Source of the DNA: Candidatus Krumholzibacteriia bacterium
GTDB taxonomy: Bacteria; Krumholzibacteriota; Krumholzibacteriia; WVZY01
Assembly (NCBI GenBank): GCA_036478295.1
Contig: JAZGDW010000013.1
Coordinates: 1 to 14,791 of the forward strand
Direction: 5' to 3'
Length of the DNA: 14,791 nucleotides
Shown in pieces: positions 1-7,955 of the stretch; positions within the stretch are counted from its first letter, which is position 1, and every line of letters starts with the position of its first letter. The notes beneath the pieces were generated by a model. That model saw only the letters and a program-made list of their open reading frames with translations, was not told the origin of the DNA and did not search any database. A program made the position numbers and the translations under genes.

Positions 1-473
1 TCCTCGCTGGTCCCGTTCGGCGAATACGCCATCTGGAGGAGAAATTCCTGCTGTTTCGGGGACACGGCGGAACTCTTGGTGAGCACCAGCACGATAGCGC
101 TGACAAAAAGCGTGCCGGTGACGGCGATCGCGTGATATCCAACCCCCGCCGCCATCCCGATCACCAGCGCAAAAAAGATGAAGATAATGTCGTGCGTTTC
201 CTTCACCGCCGTCCGGAATCGGATAATGGACATGGCGCCCACGAGACCGAAGGCACGCGCCAGGTTGTTGCCGATCACCATGATCACAACCGCGGTAATC
301 ATGGCCAGGATCACGAGTGAGTTGACAAACACGATCGAGTAGCCGGGCCCGCTATACGTCATTCGATACACGAGCGCAATCACCAGACTGCAAGCCAAGG
401 CCACCAGTATGTTGCCCATGACGCTACTGACAGCGACGTTGAACTGACCGATGTTCTGAAAGTCTTGCAGCAT
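1..473 (-). CDS. DUF4956-family membrane protein (partial, 3' end outside the window)
   Basis: Absent from the ORF track because it has no stop in the window. Manual translation from the ATG at 473: MLQDFQNIGQFNVAVSSVMGNILVALACSLVIALVYRMTYSGPGYSIVFVNSLVILAMITAVVIMVIGNNLARAFGLVGAMSIIRFRTAVKETHDIIFIFFALVIGMAAGVGY... The motif 'IGNNLARAFGLVGAMSIIRFRTAVK' is typical of DUF4956. It starts 7 nt after the VTC gene stop, the usual gene pairing. Confidence 0.9.
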   Translation of the reverse strand, partial: MLQDFQNIGQFNVAVSSVMGNILVALACSLVIALVYRMTYSGPGYSIVFVNSLVILAMITAVVIMVIGNNLARAFGLVGAMSIIRFRTAVKETHDIIFIFFALVIGMAAGVGYHAIAVTGTLFVSAIVLVLTKSSAVSPKQQEFLLQMAYSPNGTSE

Positions 474-480
474 TATCCAA

Positions 481-1263
481 TCACGTTCCCAACATTCTCG
501 GGCGCCAGGCGAAGGTTCCGTTCCCTTCATACTTCGCCCAGGTCCCAGTGTTTCCCGTTCGCCTGCGGCTGGCATCCAGACAGATCGTGTACTTGGACAC
601 CGGAGTTCTGCTCAGACTGTACTGTTTGATTACCTGCCGGAGCCACAGGGGCAGTCCCCTTCTGAATTTCACTTCCAGAACAAAGTGCTTCAGCATGGCG
701 TACTGCATTTCACTCTCTTCGAACAATTCATGGAGCGACGGGTGCACCAGGTAGCGCAGGTTCTTGTCGAAGGTAATCCTCAGCTCGGGGTTGAACTTCG
801 AATGATAGGCCTCTCGTTCGTAGGCGATGAGCACGCTGGGTTTGAGAGACCTGCTGAACACGTGGTAGAAGAATTGTCGCGCGTGCCGGGCATCCCCGTT
901 ATCGGTCCGAATGTATTTCTCGATATCGCCGGTGCGGAACAGGTCCGCCAGGTGCCCGTGGAGCAAGGCAGCCCGGCCCTTTGTGACCCAGTTCACGTAT
1001 TTCCTTTTTATTTCCAACACGGCGGCACTCTCATCAGTGTGCTCATTATAACCCCGGATGCGGATCTTCTTTCGAACCGAGATACCTTCGATCCTCTCGA
1101 GGTAATATTCCATCTCTGCCGTGTCGAAATAGATGCTCCTCACCGTATATTCTTTTGCATCCCTCTTGTCCGCGTGCTCGTCCACGTTGACATAGGGCCG
1201 CATGAGCTTTCTGATAGCGGGCAGGTGCTCCAGAGAAACCGGGTATTTGTATTCCAAACGCAC
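481..1263 (-). CDS. VTC-domain (CYTH/triphosphate tunnel metalloenzyme) polyphosphate polymerase-like protein
   Basis: 260 aa with motifs RLEYKY (N-terminal ExK), YTVRSIYFDT, RKKIRIRGYN, LEIKRK, YEREAY, RITFD, VLEVKF and SKY. GTG start preceded by GGGGA. Confidence 0.92.
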   Translation of the reverse strand: MRLEYKYPVSLEHLPAIRKLMRPYVNVDEHADKRDAKEYTVRSIYFDTAEMEYYLERIEGISVRKKIRIRGYNEHTDESAAVLEIKRKYVNWVTKGRAALLHGHLADLFRTGDIEKYIRTDNGDARHARQFFYHVFSRSLKPSVLIAYEREAYHSKFNPELRITFDKNLRYLVHPSLHELFEESEMQYAMLKHFVLEVKFRRGLPLWLRQVIKQYSLSRTPVSKYTICLDASRRRTGNTGTWAKYEGNGTFAWRPRMLGT

Positions 1264-1272
1264 GGTGGTCCC

Positions 1273-2346
1273 CTACCCGAAGAGTGATCTCAAGAAACGC
1301 AGCACATATTCTCCCGGGCGGACATAACCGCATTGTATGGAACAGCGGATCATGAGCCCCGGCACCAACTCGCTCGCGTCTCCGTTAGTTACGGCGGTCG
1401 CCATCAATACCTGCTCCCCGTTCAGCGGGCGTGCCCGGCTGTCCAGCGTCAGCAATGTCGCGTCGGGGACGCTGGCGATGTCCGACGCCTTCACCTCGAC
1501 CGTTTGCTGTGGTGAAACGTAACGCCGCTGCCGCCATTTTACGGGCATAACGATTACATATTCCGTCATATCACCGACCACCAACAGGGTGTCTCCGGAG
1601 AACACGTGGTAGGCCGTTCCGGAAATCGGAGAAATCAATGTAAAATCAGCCAGCCTTTTCTCCAGGACCTCGATCTCGTCCCGTGTCGCCCAGATTTGAG
1701 ACCGGATGAATTCTATCTGTTCTTTCTTGGCGCCGCTCTCCACACTTTGCAGCCGCGCTTCGGCGATTGTGACGTCGATGTCGTCGAGCACCGATTTTCC
1801 CAGCTCGATTTCATACTCTTCCTCGGAAATCAGCCCCCTGTCGTACAGCGACCTCAGGCGCGCGAGAATTCTTTGACGCTCCTCGACCTGTTTCTTGCTG
1901 CTCGCCAGCTGCTGCTGCGCTTCCCTGACGACGGATTCCTTCTCGCCGGTGAGGTACAGCTGCAACGACGCCTCGGCAGTCGCAAGCTCGCCTCTCAGCT
2001 CGGCGATTCGTCTTTCGGTCTCATTGGAGTGGATGGCGCCGATCGTGTCCATCGCGGCGATGGCGGCGCCGGCGACGATGTGCGGCCTGAGGTTGAACGC
2101 GACAGCGTCTCCCCGCTCGAACTGCGTTACCGAGTAGGCCTGGCGGACACCGCGCTTGTGGTCGACGAGCACGGCGATCAGCCGCCCGTCCGTACCTTTG
2201 GAAACGACCCATTCGCGAGACGCGATGACCTTTCCCGGAACGTTGACGGAATACGGCAGATCGATCGGCAATAGCAGAAACCCGACGCACACTGCGACGA
2301 GAATAAGCAGATAGACGACCGTCCTGCTTGAAATGGCAACTCTCAT
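1273..2346 (-). CDS. HlyD-like membrane fusion / periplasmic adaptor protein
   Basis: N-terminal TM (VVYLLILVAVCVGFLLL), VNVPGKV strand, first lipoyl half-motif (GAAIAAMDTIGAI), long coiled coil with GLISEEEYE turn, second lipoyl half-motif (LISPISG) and a C-terminal barrel (LVPGLMIRCSI). Stop lies 9 nt before the VTC start. Confidence 0.78.
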   Translation of the reverse strand: MRVAISSRTVVYLLILVAVCVGFLLLPIDLPYSVNVPGKVIASREWVVSKGTDGRLIAVLVDHKRGVRQAYSVTQFERGDAVAFNLRPHIVAGAAIAAMDTIGAIHSNETERRIAELRGELATAEASLQLYLTGEKESVVREAQQQLASSKKQVEERQRILARLRSLYDRGLISEEEYEIELGKSVLDDIDVTIAEARLQSVESGAKKEQIEFIRSQIWATRDEIEVLEKRLADFTLISPISGTAYHVFSGDTLLVVGDMTEYVIVMPVKWRQRRYVSPQQTVEVKASDIASVPDATLLTLDSRARPLNGEQVLMATAVTNGDASELVPGLMIRCSIQCGYVRPGEYVLRFLRSLFG

Positions 2347-2671
2347 GTTAAATGCTCGCGCTGTCTATACTACGTCGTTGGCCAAGATAGCGTTACGCGG
2401 TCGAGCAGGACGATACTCCTAGCGAAACGAGGTGAACAATCTAGCGAGACCGGCTACACCCGTTCAATGCGCCGGAACACTACGCAGGCAGCTCCTGAGA
2501 GATTTAGATATATGCAACCGACCAAGACACGCGCACTCGTGCCACAAACCCTTGCCCCTATGGAAAGGTAATTACATAGTCTACCACGAAATCAGGCAGA
2601 AAACAACCGGTTTTGGAGCCCTGATTGGGAGGGATGGCGAGGGCCGGGGATGTCCTTGGGGCGGCAGAAAG

Positions 2672-4168
2672 TCACCGAATATAGCCCAGGGACCGCAGTT
2701 GCTCCAGGCGCTCCGACTGGGCCACGGCCTCCCGGATGCGCTCCTGCCGGGCGGCCTGCCACTCGCTGGTATCGTGGGTCCTTAGGTAGCGGATGGGATG
2801 GTCCTCGAGCCAGGCTGTCTCGACTACCCCCCGGAGCAGCTGACCGTCCAGGTCCTCACCCAGCGGGATCCCCTTCAACGCAAGAAGCGTGGGTGCGATA
2901 TCGAGCACGCCACCGACGACCGGCGTCACCCCCGGTTTCACGCGGGCGCCGGCACCCGCCCGGCGGGCGCTCCTGATGTGCGCGCCCGCCGCGATGAACA
3001 CGCCAGGCGGCGCGTCCAGGTGGTGGGCGGAATTCGTGTACTGTGGCGGATCCTCCGGTGAGAAGATGCGTTCGTTGTTGATGGCGTGCATGCCGTGGTC
3101 GGACACGATGATTACCGTGGCACTGTCTGGCGCGGCCTGGATGATCTCGCCGAGTACGCGGTCGACGTACGCGTAATAGTCATCGATGATGTTGCCGTAA
3201 TTGTCTATCTGTTCCCGGCTCGGTGGATTCGTGAACTCCTCCGGGTGGGCGTACCGCCAGAACCGGTGCGCCGCGACGTCGGGACCCCCTACATAGACGC
3301 TGAGGAGGTCGAACGGTTCACCCGAGCGGAGGATGTCCCGCGCCACTTCGATGTACGTCGCGTCGGCTCGGAACGCCCACAGCGTCTGGTCCCACATGAG
3401 CCGGCTGAATTCCGTCGACGGGTGCGGTCGCGTACCGAAGATACTCTCAGTCAGCCGGTCCATCGAGTTCTCCGTTTCTTCGAGGATACTCATGACCTTG
3501 TTTTGATAGTCCAGGGGATGCACCTGGTTCTCGACGCCTCTAAGCAGGCTGCCCTTCCAAAGGGCGCGCTGCGGATCGTGTAATACCGAGGTCGTATTGG
3601 TCTGGCTCACCATCGTCCCGTTTATCTTTTCGGCCGGATACGTCATCCACCAGCCGATGCAGTGAACCTTGAGGTCGTAATCGCTGAGGATATTCCAGAA
3701 GGCCTTGGTCTCGCGGTGACCGCTCGTGTAGTAGCGGTACTCGCGCCGCCCCCCCTGGTTTGTCTCGTAAACGAAATGGCGAATGCCGTGCTGGCTCGGC
3801 ACTTTGCCTGTGGCAATGGAAGTCCAAATGACAGCCGAGTACGTCGGCACCATCGATTCCAGTCTGCCGAACACGCCCCGCTTCATGAGACCCGCCATAA
3901 CGGGGAGCCTTCCCTCCTCGATCAGTGGATCCAGCACCCGCCACTCGAGGCCGTCGACGGCGAAGAGAATGACGGGCTCGCCCGAGACCGCCTCACGCGT
4001 CGAAGTGCTCGAGCACGCGGGCAGGATTGCGGCGGCGAACGTTCCGAGCAGCAATGCGGAACAGAGCAAGCGAGTACGCGAGGGGCGCCGGAGGGGGCGG
4101 ATTCCCACTCCCGCATGGCCCCCGCAATCGGTTCGCGGCCGGCGCGTTATTCTGGAGAATCGTGCCAT
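2672..4168 (-). CDS. Alkaline phosphatase superfamily (type I phosphodiesterase / NPP-like) protein, probably exported or a lipoprotein
   Basis: Metal/catalytic motifs LFAVDGLEW, PTYSAVIWTSIATGK, GPDVAAHRFW, IIVSDHG and SAHH, then LDIAPTLL and the C-terminal LEQLRSLGYI tail. A hydrophobic stretch ends in ILPAC (lipobox-like). Start is uncertain: ATG 4168, ATG 4201 or GTG 4108; the track's 4243 is likely too long. Confidence 0.85.
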   Translation of the reverse strand: MARFSRITRRPRTDCGGHAGVGIRPLRRPSRTRLLCSALLLGTFAAAILPACSSTSTREAVSGEPVILFAVDGLEWRVLDPLIEEGRLPVMAGLMKRGVFGRLESMVPTYSAVIWTSIATGKVPSQHGIRHFVYETNQGGRREYRYYTSGHRETKAFWNILSDYDLKVHCIGWWMTYPAEKINGTMVSQTNTTSVLHDPQRALWKGSLLRGVENQVHPLDYQNKVMSILEETENSMDRLTESIFGTRPHPSTEFSRLMWDQTLWAFRADATYIEVARDILRSGEPFDLLSVYVGGPDVAAHRFWRYAHPEEFTNPPSREQIDNYGNIIDDYYAYVDRVLGEIIQAAPDSATVIIVSDHGMHAINNERIFSPEDPPQYTNSAHHLDAPPGVFIAAGAHIRSARRAGAGARVKPGVTPVVGGVLDIAPTLLALKGIPLGEDLDGQLLRGVVETAWLEDHPIRYLRTHDTSEWQAARQERIREAVAQSERLEQLRSLGYIR

Positions 4169-4484
4169 GTATCCGTTCGAATTCGGGTGCGTCTCAAACA
4201 TGTTATCACACCCTGCGTGCTTCCCGCAGCAGCGGCGCCTCACGGGGCCGGCTGTGGCGCATACCAGCCCCGCATCCCAGGGCCGTGAGGCACGACTCCG
4301 GCCGCCCGGTCTCGGTACCGGGTCTCACAACCGACCGAGCGGCTTCCCGGCGCTTTATGTACCGCTTGTGTTGCTGGCCGCTCAGCGCTACATATAGTAA
4401 CTGTTCAACGGACGGCGTCCGCAGAGGCTACACTAGCGACGGATGGTCGCGTACTCGGGTCGAGTAAAAAAACGGGGAGCGGTG

Positions 4485-5535
4485 ATGACAGAAGAGTCGA
4501 CGAGGCGAGAAGTACTCGATCGAGTAAAGGCGATCCGCCAGGCGCAGAAGCGCATCAAACAAAAAATCAAACAGATTCTGCATATCCTCGAACTACTCGA
4601 GGACGGGACTTACCCCATCAACCAGCCGTGGATATCCTTGCGCAGGGTCACTCGAGTCGAGGACCTGCGAGCGAAAAAGCATACGACATTGAGAAGCGCG
4701 CTGATGGCGGATCTCGAGGATCTCAAGGCGCTGCTGGAGAGTCTAAAGAACGACTCGAAGACGCTCCGGCGCGAATTGTTCCGGCGCAAGACGCGGCGCA
4801 TGCGGCGGCGTGCGAGAAGATCAGAGAGGGATTTCAAGCGCTGGGCGGAGGAGATACTCAAGGAAGCGGAGAAGGAGGGTTACCTGTCCGATGAGGAAGT
4901 GGAAAAGCTGCGGGCGGAAGCGGAGGACGTGGTAGACCAGTGGGCGGACGTCCTCGACCGGGACCCATCCCGCAAGAACATAGAAAAAACGCTGGGTTCG
5001 ATGTACACACCGCTCGCTTTCGGTAGTGATCCGGACAAGGGCAAGCTAGGCAAGGCGATGGACTCACTGAAACAAGCGGGGCGCAAGCGCGCCAACCGGG
5101 CCAGGGCGCGCTTCGAGAAGACCCCGACCCGCGAGAACGCCAAACGCCTGTTCAACAGTGGTGCCGAATCCCAGGTGCTCGGCGGTGAGGAAGACGATCT
5201 GTGGGACACCGTTCAGGAAACGGCCGGGAAGCGCGCCGGGAATGCGGAGCGTCGCTTTCGCCGCAACCAGACGGTCAGGATACTACCAGCTCATGAATCG
5301 CATGCAGATTTTTTATGGAGAAGCGGGCGGCACCCTGTCCATTTATTCGCCGCGGGGATTTCGTCCGACGAACCGCACCAAACCCTACCCGGTCGATCGG
5401 GGCGACACACTGCCACGGCTTTCGAAGAAATTCTATGGGAAGCGGGGCTATTGGGACGTCATCTACCGGAAGAACCATACCGTTATTCCCAAGTCCTTGG
5501 CCTTGAGGCCGGGCATGAAACTCGCCATACCCTAA
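4485..5535 (+). pseudogene. Coiled-coil/helical-repeat protein with C-terminal LysM domain, frameshifted at about 5280 (pseudogene, sequencing error or recoding)
   Basis: ATG 4485 follows GGGGAG. The first frame reads as protein up to RRNQTVR (5279). The +1 frame from 5281 continues YYQLMNRMQIF... into a clear LysM domain, YPVDRGDTLPRLSKKFYGKRGYWDVIYRKNHTVIPKSLALRPGMKLAIP*, with the stop at 5533-5535. Confidence 0.8.
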
Positions 5536-5622
5536 ATGGCCTGAACCCTGAGTAGCCTGACCGACGACGCGGCCGCGGCCCTGGCACACCCCCAACACCA
5601 CCCACATCCCGGAAAGTGCGGT

Positions 5623-6687
5623 TTAGAAAGACCAGTTGACGATTGGCAGGATCGGCCAGCTGTCCTTGCTTTTTATGACATTGACAAGGCCGATCTGAAG
5701 ACCTTTGGTCATGGTCGTGGCCATGTTGACCACGCCGAGCTGAAACCCGGACATCGTCCCTGCAACATTTACTATGCCCCACTGCCAGCCACTGGCTTCC
5801 CCCTCCACGAAGTTCACCGCATTCAATCCAAAACCCGTGAATAGACCCGTGGTGTGGCCGACAAGACCGATGTCCAGGCCGGACATCTCGTCGTTGACGC
5901 CGTAGAGTATGTTCCAGCGGAACCAGCGGATCGAGGTATCCTCGGCATATATCTGTACTGGCTTGAACAGGGCGACCTGGAACGGCTTGGTTATCTGCTC
6001 TTTCGTGATGACGAGCTGCGCCTCACCGGCGAGGTTGTTCTCGCTGTCCCGGACGAGCAACCGGGCAGTGCCCGGCTTGAGTCCCGTGACGGTAATCTTG
6101 TCGCCTTCCTCGACGGTTGACGCCAGACCAGCGGGCTCCACCTCGGAGATAAGACTCGACGCCGGCGCCTTGAGGACCTTCTCCGCTGCGTTGTAATAAA
6201 TCACTCGGAATTTCGCTACTTCATCGACGCCGATCGTCTTCGACGCGGGGTCCAGCTCCATGTGGGATGGTTTCGTTCCTCGTTCGACAACGTCTTTCAC
6301 GGAGTTCTTCAGTTTTCTATCCCATTTGAAATCCTCGATGGCTTCCCGGTACTCTTCATCCCACAGCCGCCACAAGAGATTCTCGAACTGTGTGTTATTT
6401 CCAATGTTGGCAAAGTAGTGGTTGAGTACGGGGAACACATAGTCCCGGAGCGTCTTGGTGTTCTTTCTGTAGTTGCCACGCCTGATCATGGCTTCCATAC
6501 ACGGGAAGGTCTCGTCGTAGCTTCCCTCGAAGTACTTCTCGTTAACCATCTGAGGCGTCTTCAGCTCGTCACACAAAGCCTGCGACATCTGCGCGCGCGC
6601 GGGGCCGACGACAACAATGCCCGCGCAGATACACACCAGGCCGAACACGCAGAAGCTCCAACGTTGCATCGCAGAATGATGAGTCAT
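5623..6687 (-). CDS. Secreted/surface protein: helical N-domain + Ig-like (Big_2-like) domain + C-terminal Gly-rich G-x-Q-x-G-x-V-N repeats (LA_2272/VC2662-like)
   Basis: Signal peptide ending ARA-Q. Ig-like segment MELDPASKTIGVDEVAKFRVIY...ITVTGLKPGTARLLVRD. Repeats GLDIGLVG / GFGLNAVN / GWQWGIVN / GFQLGVVN / GLQIGLVN. Terminal PILPIVNWSF. ATG 6687 follows AAAGGT, 7 nt after the upstream stop; ATG 6669 is an alternative. Confidence 0.75.
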   Translation of the reverse strand: MTHHSAMQRWSFCVFGLVCICAGIVVVGPARAQMSQALCDELKTPQMVNEKYFEGSYDETFPCMEAMIRRGNYRKNTKTLRDYVFPVLNHYFANIGNNTQFENLLWRLWDEEYREAIEDFKWDRKLKNSVKDVVERGTKPSHMELDPASKTIGVDEVAKFRVIYYNAAEKVLKAPASSLISEVEPAGLASTVEEGDKITVTGLKPGTARLLVRDSENNLAGEAQLVITKEQITKPFQVALFKPVQIYAEDTSIRWFRWNILYGVNDEMSGLDIGLVGHTTGLFTGFGLNAVNFVEGEASGWQWGIVNVAGTMSGFQLGVVNMATTMTKGLQIGLVNVIKSKDSWPILPIVNWSF

Positions 6688-6694
6688 TCGATCA

Positions 6695-7930
6695 CTACCT
6701 TTCACCGTAATAAAACGTGAGACCGGTACCACTTTCCGCACCGTTGACGCGGAACCTGAAATCGCCTTCATGGCTCATACCACCCCGCGAGACGACTTCC
6801 CGGAATTCGCTATCGTCGGTATTGAACTTGATTTCATAGTTTCCGACAAACAATTGCTTTCTGTGACTCAGCTGGTGGGAATATGTAAAACCGTTGATGA
6901 GCAGTTCGTAATCCACGTTTATAACTGTTGGCACGGCGGCCTCGCCCAGATAGCCCACTATCGTCACCAATGCCCGCGCGCTGTCGACCGGGGCCACCGG
7001 CTGCAGGTTTATCGTGACTAAGCTATCCTCGCTCTTGACGAATCCTCGAACCGTCTTTTCCAGGAGGACGGTCTGGTCGACGATCGGTCGTTCTTTTGGA
7101 AAGATGTGGACCACGTACTCGCCGGCCCCGAGGTGACGGACCAGCCTGTTGTCCTTCAGATCGAGGAGCTCCGAACTGTCACCTATCCTGATCTTGCATT
7201 CGTAATCGGACTCGAAGGTCACCTCAAAACCCTCGATGACCGTCGTCCCGAAAAGGAACAAGACGAGGGCCAACAGCGGCACCAGCACACCCAGCGTGAT
7301 GGCATGGGCCGTATACGGCCCCCCAAAACCGTTCCAGAATCTCGCCGGCCAGTCGAACCAGACCCGCGGCCTGATGTCGACCTCAATATCCTCTTCGATG
7401 CCCTGGTCCGTCAGGCTCTGGTTCACGTTGATCTTCTTGCTGCCGGTGTGAAACCGGAACCGTTTCAGGGTCTTGATCTTCTTGCCGAAGAACTTGTACT
7501 TGCCTTTTATCTCGTTTAGCTTTCCTTCGATTTCGATCGAAAACTTTTCGGCCGGGTTCACAACCGCAGTCTCGTTGACGGCCACCGTCTTTCGCTTCCG
7601 AAACATCACGCGTCGCTGATCGGCGGGGTCGTCTCCCCAGAACCGCATGCGGAGATTTATCTTGGAGGCGACGTATCGAACGACGATATCGTCCTGTTCC
7701 TTGATCCCGGCGGCCGCTTCCCGGATATTCAACTTCAGGTTCAGTTTGACATGGTTGTGCTCGACAACGACCTTATCCGGAGCCGCCTCGGGATGCAGCA
7801 ATCCTCTCGCGATGGCCCTGGGTATGATACGGGCCAGGTTCTCTTCGATGGTCTCGCCATCTTCGAACGCGGTGAATGTCGGACTGTCATTCCCCGCCTG
7901 GTCCCTATATATAACCTGATAGGTTGCCAT
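6695..7930 (-). CDS. Single-pass membrane protein with two N-terminal ubiquitin-like (beta-grasp) domains and C-terminal PEGA-like beta-rich domains
   Basis: 411 aa ORF. EDGETIEENLARI...APDKVVVEHNHVKLNLKLNIREAAAGIKEQDDIVVRY and KRFRFHTGSKKINVNQSLTDQGIEEDIEVDIRP follow the ubiquitin pattern by eye. TM segment AITLGVLVPLLALVLFLFG at about 7247-7305. Then VTFESDYECKIRI...LGAGEYVVHI and LLING...LFVGNYEIKF (PEGA-like). Confidence 0.65.
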   Translation of the reverse strand: MATYQVIYRDQAGNDSPTFTAFEDGETIEENLARIIPRAIARGLLHPEAAPDKVVVEHNHVKLNLKLNIREAAAGIKEQDDIVVRYVASKINLRMRFWGDDPADQRRVMFRKRKTVAVNETAVVNPAEKFSIEIEGKLNEIKGKYKFFGKKIKTLKRFRFHTGSKKINVNQSLTDQGIEEDIEVDIRPRVWFDWPARFWNGFGGPYTAHAITLGVLVPLLALVLFLFGTTVIEGFEVTFESDYECKIRIGDSSELLDLKDNRLVRHLGAGEYVVHIFPKERPIVDQTVLLEKTVRGFVKSEDSLVTINLQPVAPVDSARALVTIVGYLGEAAVPTVINVDYELLINGFTYSHQLSHRKQLFVGNYEIKFNTDDSEFREVVSRGGMSHEGDFRFRVNGAESGTGLTFYYGER

Positions 7931-7955
7931 TCAGACTATGTCACTATCTATCTAT

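Noticed and set aside
2470..2510. Sigma54-like TGGCAC...TTGCA on the minus strand upstream of the HlyD gene
   Set aside because: The GG-to-GC spacing is not the required 10 nt.
5281..5555. C-terminal ~90 aa of the 370-aa ORF 4443-5555
   Set aside because: Out-of-frame read-through. The +1 frame encodes a clear LysM domain and continues the repeat pattern.
6695..7930. Bacterial ubiquitin conjugation (Bil/Bub-type defence) system
   Set aside because: The Ubl domains are internal with no terminal Gly, and no E1, E2 or JAB genes are present in the window.
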